A DNA stretch of 25,847 nucleotides from an uncultured Nitrososphaerota archaeon (GTDB lineage: Archaea > Asgardarchaeota > Njordarchaeia > Njordarchaeales > Njordarchaeaceae): positions 1 through 25,847 of the forward strand of contig CAZFGR010000022.1 of the NCBI GenBank assembly GCA_964518475.1. Direction: 5' to 3'. Position numbers and translations under genes: made by a program. This document shows positions 18,553 through 25,847 of the stretch, piece after piece. Within the stretch, counting starts at the first letter, position 1. Each line of letters begins with the position of its first letter. The notes under the pieces are model-generated. The model saw only the letters and a list, made by a program, of their open reading frames with translations, did no database searches and was not told the origin of the DNA.

Positions 18553-19227
18553 TCAAATTGCAGGCAAAATTTTGAGTCTCAGCGGGTATCTATCGTAAAT
18601 TCCTCTTTCTCCGATGTGTTCGCAGTAGTGATAGTACACGTACCATTCTGGTATGTAACCTCTCTTATATTCGAAGCCTATTGGTTTGATTTCTTTCCAG
18701 CTGTGAACTGGCCTATCGAGGGTGCTTTCTAGGAGGTACCATTTACCGTCGATGAACACTTCGATCCATGCATGTCCGTCATCGTAATACTTTCCCAGTA
18801 CTACTCTTACATGTCTTTTATTCACACCTAATGCTAGTATTAGTGATGCCAGGAGAAAGGATGTGTCTTCGCAGTCTCCCATGCGATTTTCTAGAGTTTC
18901 GCATGGGAATTGCCAGTATTCTGGGAGTCCGCGGAGCTGTTTATCGGAAACGTATCTTATTCTTGTGCTGACGAAGTTGAACGCTGCCAATATACGGCTT
19001 CTCAAATCGCGATGTGCTCTCATGATTTGCGATGCGACTTGTCTTACACAATCGTCGTATGGTCTTAGGGATGCATTCACCCTGTATTTGCGTCCCCCTC
19101 TATTGATCACTGGGCATAGTTTGAGAAGGTCATGGATAGATGCTAGAAAGCCATCTATTAATTCAATTATCAACCTGTAGCACTGCGCATCTTTTTTTGT
19201 CCGATAATTGTTCGTCTCACTGATCAA
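18553..19227 (-). CDS. Transglutaminase-like (papain-fold) cysteine protease
   Basis: YVSD...EYWQFPCETL...GDCEDTSFLLASL...GHAWIEV...WYLLEST gives a Cys-His-Glu triad. The true start is uncertain and may lie downstream of TTG 19227. Confidence 0.85.
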   Translation of the reverse strand: MISETNNYRTKKDAQCYRLIIELIDGFLASIHDLLKLCPVINRGGRKYRVNASLRPYDDCVRQVASQIMRAHRDLRSRILAAFNFVSTRIRYVSDKQLRGLPEYWQFPCETLENRMGDCEDTSFLLASLILALGVNKRHVRVVLGKYYDDGHAWIEVFIDGKWYLLESTLDRPVHSWKEIKPIGFEYKRGYIPEWYVYYHYCEHIGERGIYDRYPLRLKILPAI

Positions 19228-19562
19228 ATATAAAGCTTTAGAATGTGAGAGGTCTGCAGCACGTTATTGCGGGTATTTTACTTTTAGACTAAGAAGTCTG
19301 GGTTGTACTTTTTACATTATTAATTTTTGCCCTTAATTTCCTGTCTTCGGCAATGATCCCTGTAAAGTGTGACCTGTTAGCAGGTGACGGGGAGTCTGCC
19401 TCTTAACAGGGATTCCAGTTCTGTGCGTGTCATCTTTAGGGGTTTAGTTTTCGGGGTTCGTAATAATATGTAGTAGTCAAAGGATGTAACTGAAACTATA
19501 ATTGTAAAAGATTTTGCAGCAAAATGAAACTTTGCGAGTATTAGGTGTGAGGCTTAGTTAAA

Positions 19563-20510
19563 ATGTTGGCGAAAGTAAGAAAGGCTCTTAGGAGATTGCC
19601 TGAATTGAAACACTTCTTCAGTTATCCAGGGGTCTCACTGATAGTCATGGGGGTATTAATGCTATGCCTTGGAATATTTCTTGTTAACATGTTACCCTCA
19701 ACAATTGCAGGAGTGATTATTGGTTCAGCGACATCAGTATTAGCCTTAGGTATCGATCGCGTCATAGATTTTCGAAAATCGACAGCAACTCTTAGTCTCC
19801 GGGGTCTCGACCTGGAAATCTTTCGAAATAGAAGCGTAGATAGGGGTGGTGGCAAAGTCGAAACTGGCTATGATATATACAGGGCCTCGGCGCTGGTATA
19901 CAATGAGGGTGCCGTTATAATTAAGGATGCCAAAGCGGTGGTAAAATTAAAAGATTTAGACATAAACGCATTGAAGAAAATGCTTGTTTCGAAAAGTAAT
20001 GGTGGTTGTAGAGTGAATTGTCCCGTCCCGGTAGATTGTGGTCCTCCTGAGAGAAGTAGGACGTACTTAGTAAATGCCGATAGTCCTAGGATCGAAGGTG
20101 ATTTACTTCCGTGGGCATGTCCTGAGAAGCCCGTACCCAGGCCTAGATCTGCAGATTACACACATATGACCTCCATATCACCGCATCAGGCTTCTAGGCT
20201 TCTGCTTTTCGAATTTATACCTATACCTGCGGAGGAGGGCAGATATCTTGTGAGGATATTTAGCGAATATGGCGCTCCGGGGCCAAGCGATGAATATCCT
20301 AGGCACTTCAGGGCATGTCTCATTATGGGGGAAGAAGATGTTCTTAAACTAAAGGTTACAGTAGCTGGTGAGGGACTCAGAAAACCATGTGAATTTCTTG
20401 TGGAAGTCCACGGTAGAGTATTAAGCGAGATTCATAAGTTACTTGAGAACAATAAAGTTAGTGATGCTTTAGAAAGGTTACAGCAACTTTCACGAACAAC
20501 CCCCACATAA
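19563..20510 (+). CDS. Hypothetical membrane-anchored protein (two N-terminal TM helices, beta-rich soluble domain with Cys cluster)
   Basis: Hydrophobic segments VSLIVMGVLMLCLGIFLVNML and IAGVIIGSATSVLALGI, a CRVNCPVPVDC motif, and an SD-like GGTGTGAGG upstream. Confidence 0.78.
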   Translation: MLAKVRKALRRLPELKHFFSYPGVSLIVMGVLMLCLGIFLVNMLPSTIAGVIIGSATSVLALGIDRVIDFRKSTATLSLRGLDLEIFRNRSVDRGGGKVETGYDIYRASALVYNEGAVIIKDAKAVVKLKDLDINALKKMLVSKSNGGCRVNCPVPVDCGPPERSRTYLVNADSPRIEGDLLPWACPEKPVPRPRSADYTHMTSISPHQASRLLLFEFIPIPAEEGRYLVRIFSEYGAPGPSDEYPRHFRACLIMGEEDVLKLKVTVAGEGLRKPCEFLVEVHGRVLSEIHKLLENNKVSDALERLQQLSRTTPT

Positions 20511-20787
20511 AAAAGGCGAATCTCCCTTCACAAATATATAATTTTGAATCTAATAAACAACTCATTAATCGGTTTTTTGGAATAAAATCGGCAAGTCACT
20601 CATTTATAGCAACATTATGTTAGAGCAGTTGGACAAGCGAAAAATATACAGTAATAATGATGATGCCTAAGATGTGACAGTCACAAACAACTTCCAAAGA
20701 TAGTATTAACCGTTGATATAAACATAAAAAGAATGATAAAATAGCCGATTAGTGTGTTTCATTTTTATTCTACGATATTTTGATCCA

Positions 20788-20815
20788 TTTAAAATGCTTT
20801 GCGGAGTATTTTAAA
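20788..20815. repeat. 11-6-11 inverted repeat, candidate operator or recombination site
   Basis: TTTAAAATGCT-ttgcgg-AGTATTTTAAA with 10 of 11 arm positions complementary, 100 nt upstream of the operon at 20915. Confidence 0.4.
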
Positions 20816-20914
20816 ATTGGAATGCCATCCCGATAGAATTAAAAATGTTGATTATATTGCCGCTTTTAGTTGATTTTTAAATAATACGATGTCACACTAT
20901 CTGGGGGGACAAAA

Positions 20915-21190
20915 ATGGAACTTGAAAATAAAATCTGCAAGCTTGTACGGGAGAACCCTCGTTACGCGGGTATACTTAAGAGGGCCATTGAAGTGGAAGA
21001 AAAGAAAGCTAATGATCGGTATTTCTTGGGATGGGAGTGGCATGATGTGAGAGCGTGGCCAGCCGAGTTGATGAAGTTGGTTAGAGAGGGTATTGTTGAT
21101 ATAACTTACAAGAGCAGGAGATATACCCATTACAAATTAGCGGATCGTGAGGCTGTAAAAAGAGCTCTCAGGAGGTGCGCTTTAGAGTGA
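20915..21190 (+). CDS. Small winged-helix-like protein
   Basis: GWEWHDV...ELMKLVREGIVDITYKSRRYTHYKL is a recognition helix plus wing. TATA-like TTTTTAAATA at about 20874-20883 and a GGGGGA SD. Confidence 0.75.
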   Translation: MELENKICKLVRENPRYAGILKRAIEVEEKKANDRYFLGWEWHDVRAWPAELMKLVREGIVDITYKSRRYTHYKLADREAVKRALRRCALE

Positions 21191-21849
21191 TAAAGATTCT
21201 GAAGATCGCACCAACTGAGAACCTTAAGGAATTCTGGAATCCCATTTTTGAAGGAATTATGATAATAAACGCTGAAGAAGTAAGAGCAGCGCGTCCTTCT
21301 GGAATCCCGGGTTATCCTTCCCTTAGCTATCCTTTTACGATATTAAATTTAGAGGTGGAGGGTCTAGTGGGGCTTAGGGTTCTCGATCGGAAACTTTACG
21401 TTGGAATATTAAAGGGGCACATGGAACAATTTCCAGTTCAAGTAACAAATGCTCAGCAACCATTGCAAGTTACGTTTAGGATAATAGTTAGCAGGCAGAG
21501 TTATTTGGATTCTGTTACGCTATTAAAGATTGGCCAGAACATCGAAGAAAGCGATGGAGTGCGACTAATACTTGATGATCTTATTTTAAGGGCGTATTAT
21601 TTTAAATCGCAAACTCCTCCGAATGAGGGATGTCTTGTAAAGAGGACAAATTTAGAGGTTCAGATAAGGTCAATCGACTGGTTGAGTCCATTGAGCCTTA
21701 TAGAAGGCTATCGAGTAGTCCTGATTTCTAATGATACTTATCAGAGGCTCAAAGACCTTGCTAGGCGCATAGGTCTTTCTTCTCATCTAACCATAGATGA
21801 TATCTTAGCGAAAATCTTTGAGAAATTTAAAGAGGGAGAAGGCTCGTGA
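21187..21849 (+). CDS. Hypothetical protein with a beta-rich N-terminal domain and a C-terminal ribbon-helix-helix-like (antitoxin-like) segment
   Basis: GTGA overlap with the upstream stop and SD GGAGGTG at 21171-21177. The C-terminus RVVLISNDTYQRLKDLARRIG...TIDDILAKIF fits the strand-helix-helix pattern of archaeal RHH proteins. Confidence 0.7.
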   Translation: MIKILKIAPTENLKEFWNPIFEGIMIINAEEVRAARPSGIPGYPSLSYPFTILNLEVEGLVGLRVLDRKLYVGILKGHMEQFPVQVTNAQQPLQVTFRIIVSRQSYLDSVTLLKIGQNIEESDGVRLILDDLILRAYYFKSQTPPNEGCLVKRTNLEVQIRSIDWLSPLSLIEGYRVVLISNDTYQRLKDLARRIGLSSHLTIDDILAKIFEKFKEGEGS

Positions 21850-22601
21850 GCAGATGTGTAGATCGGTGCAGATATTATAAATTTGTAATAATAGAACAGG
21901 AGGATAACGTTGCACTATGGTACCATTACTGTTCGAAATATGACAGGTGGTTTCTTAGTATCTCCAAAATGGAAGATTTTGCTAGGAGAGAATGCTCTGA
22001 ACAAGTGATTAACGTAGATTATCAGAGCCTTGTAAGCGAAGTTTTTGGGCTTATTAAGAAGTGTAATCAGCAATTTCAGTTACTGTGTAAAAAATGCAAC
22101 ATCACAGAGGGAGTGCTCTTAAGGGAGGACTTTGAGATAGCTAGCGCTCTTACAAAGCTTCCTGCTGGTGAAGATGATTTCTGGAATCAAACTGCGAGTT
22201 TAGCTAAATTATTTGATATATCTGCCAATAGTATGAGGGAATTTGTGCGTCAAGAAGCCGCTAAAAGGCATATAAATCTCGAGAATCTTACTAAAAGAAT
22301 ATTTAGCGGCGACTCCTTTGAAAATCTAGGCACAATAAAACTCCTTAAAATTTTAGCTACAATAACTAATGATTCTCGGTATGAACATGTTTTCAAAATA
22401 TGGAGTGCCATACGACGCCTAAGACATCTTAGAGCCCATATCCTTGAGGGAAAATCCCTAAAGGAAGTAGCGGAGGCCTTAGAAACGTTTGGCGAGAACT
22501 ATCCACCGAGAAATTATCTTAATTTATGGACTAAAGTAATTCAGGAACTTAAGGCATCACTTGAAATGATGTCCGAACTTCTTAAGGAATTACAAAAATA
22601 A
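21846..22601 (+). CDS. HEPN-domain putative RNase with N-terminal Cys-rich (Zn-binding) segment
   Basis: GTGA overlap with the upstream gene, N-terminal CxxxC...C...C, and the R-x4-H motif RHLRAH (22422-22439) in a helical C-terminal domain. Confidence 0.7.
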   Translation: MSRCVDRCRYYKFVIIEQEDNVALWYHYCSKYDRWFLSISKMEDFARRECSEQVINVDYQSLVSEVFGLIKKCNQQFQLLCKKCNITEGVLLREDFEIASALTKLPAGEDDFWNQTASLAKLFDISANSMREFVRQEAAKRHINLENLTKRIFSGDSFENLGTIKLLKILATITNDSRYEHVFKIWSAIRRLRHLRAHILEGKSLKEVAEALETFGENYPPRNYLNLWTKVIQELKASLEMMSELLKELQK

Positions 22602-23123
22602 TAGGTCTTCCAAAAATTGCGATGCTACCAGCTATCAGATAAGTACAACTTTACCTAAAAGAGCAGGTAAGAAGTCAAAGAAGTCTTGGGAATTTTAAAG
22701 TAAATCGATCTTTACCTTAGTATATTTCAGAGGTGATGATAGAGAGGTCGTGTTGTATGAAACCATTGTCTCCGCTTTTTTAGAAGCAATATAGTTCCAT
22801 ACGCAGAGGTCATCGTATTTTGTTGATAGTTCGACTTCCAGTCGTAGGTGTAGCTTCGCCGAGGTGCACTCTCATCACGGTTTCGGCCTTCTAGAGGAGT
22901 TTATAGCCTACCGTTTTTACCATCTCGCAGAACTTTTGAGGATGATCTCTCCCATATGTCGATAGCTCAGTGGGATACCAGCTAATTATTTTTTGTGGTA
23001 TTTTAAGCAAATACTATTTGTCGTCATATAGCTATTATCCAGCAGGCTGATAATTTCGTGCAATCCACGGTGCGATTACTTTCTTTCACGCGGATATAGA
23101 GTATGCAATTCTTGTAGTTAATG

Positions 23124-24586
23124 TTAAGTATTTTTGTCTAAGAAGGATTTTACGACTATAATTACTCCGTAGAAAAAATAGTAAATGGTGATGATAGTTC
23201 CTATTATGAAATACGACAGTATGATTGCTATTAAAGTACTCATTACGAAGTACTCGACGAGAACTTCTATAGAAATTCTTATTGGTGTCTGTAAAAGCCG
23301 TGTAAATATTATCTGCAGTAGCGGAGTAATGATTGTTGGTAATATTACGGATATGAGAACATTTAGCCGTTTATTCTTTAATGATGAATCGGAATTTAAG
23401 GATTTGGAGATGAATTCTGTACGTTTTACTTCAATAATTTTGGGAGTTGTTTTTCTTGTAAAACCGACCCGAGGTCAATGATTATATGTATAAGTTTGTC
23501 GAAGTCACTTCTATGCAAGGCATCTTTTCTCAAAATCTCTTTCATCTTGTACAATTTTTTGATGATTTCGTCCTTATAGTTTATATTTATGTGCATTCCT
23601 GCTATGATTTTCGAGAAGACATCTTTTATGCTGTCGACGTCTATTCCTGTGCTTTCCATTAATAATAGGTATGGAGGATACACCTTTTTGAGCAACAAAT
23701 CTAAACTTTCGGCGAAATCTTCCACAGTTTCTTGAAATTTGAAACTTTTGAATGTATAAGACTTCGTATCTGAGTGTGTAATATAATTACTCGTCAATTC
23801 ATTGATTATTTCCTCTAATGCGTTATAAGCTATTTGTTTATGAGGCATAACCATTATTTCCAAATCATCTATGTACACAGCATAGATTGCTAGTAGAGAT
23901 AGAGCAACCAATGAAAAATCAACAAATATTGATCGTCTTGCAGGCATGAGGTCAGGTAATATGAACATTGCAATAAACGGTAATAATACCGCGATCATAA
24001 TAAGGGGCCAAAAAACACTTTCGAAGGCATTGGCATTTCGGTAATTTCTAAATATCAGCATCGCATATTTCGCATCTGCATGCTTTAGACATTTAGCTTT
24101 TATGTGTTTAAAGAGGAAAGGAGTAAGAATTGCAAGTATTATGTATACTGATAAGAGGATATTTGCGATTAAGAGACATCGTTTAAATACGATATTGTAG
24201 GAGATTATGCGCATAATGTCGAAAAGGAAGAAAAAACGAGTAATGGGAGCAATTATTAGGAGAAGAGGGAATATTCTTTCACAAATATGTGCTAATACAT
24301 AAAATGCTACAAAGTGCATCTTACTAATCTTTAATTCTCTTAATGCGGAAATCTTGTTGTCTATACGATTGCCAGCATCGGAAATATTTTTCAACCCCCA
24401 ATACCTCAGCAATCGGTTATCATCGGAGATCAAGGAGGTATCGCATAAAAAGTAGGGTATTATAAACTCGCACATTGATGAAAGTGCGGGAAGAAGTGGA
24501 TCCATGTCGTAGTAAAGAAGTATTGTCGACAAGTTGATTGTTATTGTTATAGAAGTTTGAAAAACAAATTGAAAGTAGGTCTTCAT
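23124..24586 (-). pseudogene. Polytopic membrane protein of about 487 codons with a -1 frameshift near codon 380
   Basis: ORF 24586..23426 has several TM segments. The -1 frame is open from about 23476 to TAA 23126-23124 and adds PKIIEVKRTEF...VLISVILPTIITPLLQIIF...YFVMSTLIAIILSYFIIGTIITIYYFFYGVIIVVKSFLDKNT, i.e. about two more TM helices. Confidence 0.7.
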
Positions 24587-24663
24587 TTTATCCTATGTTT
24601 CTTATACATCGAAATCTTCTGGTATCGATTTTTCGGCAAATCATTATGTGGAGACTATGATTG

Positions 24664-25846
24664 TTAAGTGTCGGTTAATTCTATTTTCAGAACTTGTTCC
24701 TTAATGTTCTCCACGGTTTCCGATTCTTTTACAATTTCGAACTGGCATGGTCCGGTGTGGGCGATCACTCCCAGGTTTCTGGCGGCGGGGTCCTTAGCTT
24801 TTTCCATTTCCTCTGCGAATGGGACGGCCGCGTAGGATGGCAGTACTATGAAGACCTGGTTGAAGAGTTTCGATAGCATCATTCCGCAGAGTTCGCGCAC
24901 TGTGCGCTCGTATAGTAATTTGCCTCCTCTCAAGTCTCGTGCGCTTTTTACCTCATAGCCCTTGATAATGCCATTCTTATCCATGGAGATGACGTCTACT
25001 GTTACTCCGGGAGGTGCCATGTCTATTGCGTAGGACCACCATCCGTGGGGTTCCCATTGGACGATTCCGTATTTGCTGCTGATAACCAATTTATCTGGGG
25101 CGTAGACTTTATGCTTTGAATAAGAGATTGGAATTTCGAACGAAACAAGTTCGTTTCTTTTCCAGAGCCATACTGCGAGTTCGTATTGCATACGTGAGTG
25201 GAATTCGAAGGATCCGGGGGTTCCGTACTGGAGGGAGATATCGTACAGTGGTTCGAATTTTCCTTTGAAGAAAATATCTGATGCTTCTATTTCACCAGTT
25301 ATGGGGTCGACTTGAACTAATCGGTCGAAGATTCTATCCCATTCTCCGTACTCTCTGTAGATTTCCTCGTTTTGAGTTGTGATTATGGATTTCCACAGTA
25401 CTACGAAGGAGGCCATGCCGAGTTCTTGCTCGTATTTGTAGGCGTGTGATACTATTTCCGAGATTCTTCCGGTCCCCCTTGTAGAAGTTTTCGCATTCTA
25501 GGATGATGTTTTTATCGAGCCAGACCAGGTCGGGCTTCAATCTTCTTCCGATGACCTCCGGTTCCAATAACGCTTGGGCTTGTAACTTTTCTAGAGTTTC
25601 GAAAAGTGCGTACTTTAGGTAATCCTCGTTGTATGGGAACAGCAACTTGGGAATTGTGATTTTTGGCTCTTCAAATAGGATTGGGGCTCTAATTTTCATT
25701 TTAGAAAGGGAATGTTCTTTTTCGGGAGGTTTGCCGCTTATGATTGCAGGAGTACGTTCTTTCTTACATCCATGGCTTTCGGGCAATCGATACTCTTCAC
25801 AGAAGAATTGTCCACACACGCTACAGCGGAAGGCATTAAGGAAACT
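24664..25846 (-). pseudogene. AN1-type zinc finger plus two tandem PD-(D/E)XK nuclease domains; one frameshift; 5' end outside the window
   Basis: The frame is open from the right edge: FRCSVCGQFFCEEYRLPESHGC (AN1-like), then E...KPDLV...IILEC. The frame of ORF 25416..24664 is open back to 25497 (TSTRGTGRISEIVSHAYKYEQELGMASF...) and contains HSRMQ...VDVI...GYEVKS. Confidence 0.72.
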
Positions 25847-25847
25847 T

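Noticed and set aside
19450-19465. GGGGTTCG resembling a tRNA T-arm
   Set aside because: No acceptor stem, D arm or anticodon arm can be built around it.
17159-20510. CBASS-like reading of the NTase, protease and 2TM genes
   Set aside because: The genes are not co-oriented or operonic, and the NTase lacks recognisable CD-NTase features.
20563-20755. Imperfect inverted repeat (CATTAATCGGTT / AGCCGATTAGTG) suggesting a MITE
   Set aside because: Several mismatches in AT-rich DNA, no target-site duplication and no second copy in the window.
11489-21130. Short overlapping ORFs opposite supported genes (e.g. 11489..11674, 12565..12759, 12747..12962, 14183..14486, 14483..14790, 16113..16721, 18768..19180, 19622..19855, 20897..21130)
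   Set aside because: They overlap stronger ORFs on the other strand and have no recognisable domains.
14418-22875. 13-bp inverted match GGTGCACTCTCAT at 14418-14430 and 22863-22875
   Set aside because: Several 13-mer matches are expected by chance in 26 kb, and there is no flanking similarity or target-site duplication.
23185-23481. 98 aa plus-strand ORF
   Set aside because: It coincides with the minus-strand frameshifted extension of the membrane gene, which is the better explanation.
24694-24876. 60 aa plus-strand ORF
   Set aside because: Antisense to the nuclease domain.
1-25847. CRISPR array, tRNA/rRNA, integrase, transposase or reverse transcriptase
   Set aside because: No regularly spaced repeats, cloverleaf structures or diagnostic catalytic motifs were found by eye.

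Overview
Archaeal accessory or defence-island window, probably from a thermophile (inferred from TATA/BRE-type promoters, GGTGA/GGAGG Shine-Dalgarno motifs and Lys/Glu/Ile-rich proteins). The first 9.5 kb hold an intact three-gene restriction-like cassette: SNF2 helicase with a DUF3883 nuclease domain, a DUF1156 N6-adenine methyltransferase and a DUF499 AAA+ ATPase. The remaining 16 kb are a patchwork of small candidate defence or toxin modules: a PD-(D/E)XK nuclease with a coupled helical partner; an NDT-like protein resembling retron Ec86/St85 effectors, divergent from an ArsR-type regulator with a clear tandem operator; an Abi_C/HEPN-like gene pair; a Pol-beta-type nucleotidyltransferase fusion; a transglutaminase-like protease; a membrane protein; and a translationally coupled wHTH / RHH-fusion / Zn-HEPN operon. 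At least four genes are broken by one or two point lesions that the ORF track hides: an in-frame amber codon, two single frameshifts and one compensated double frameshift. I found no tRNA, rRNA, CRISPR array, integrase or transposase. All family calls come from recognising motifs by eye, not from database searches.
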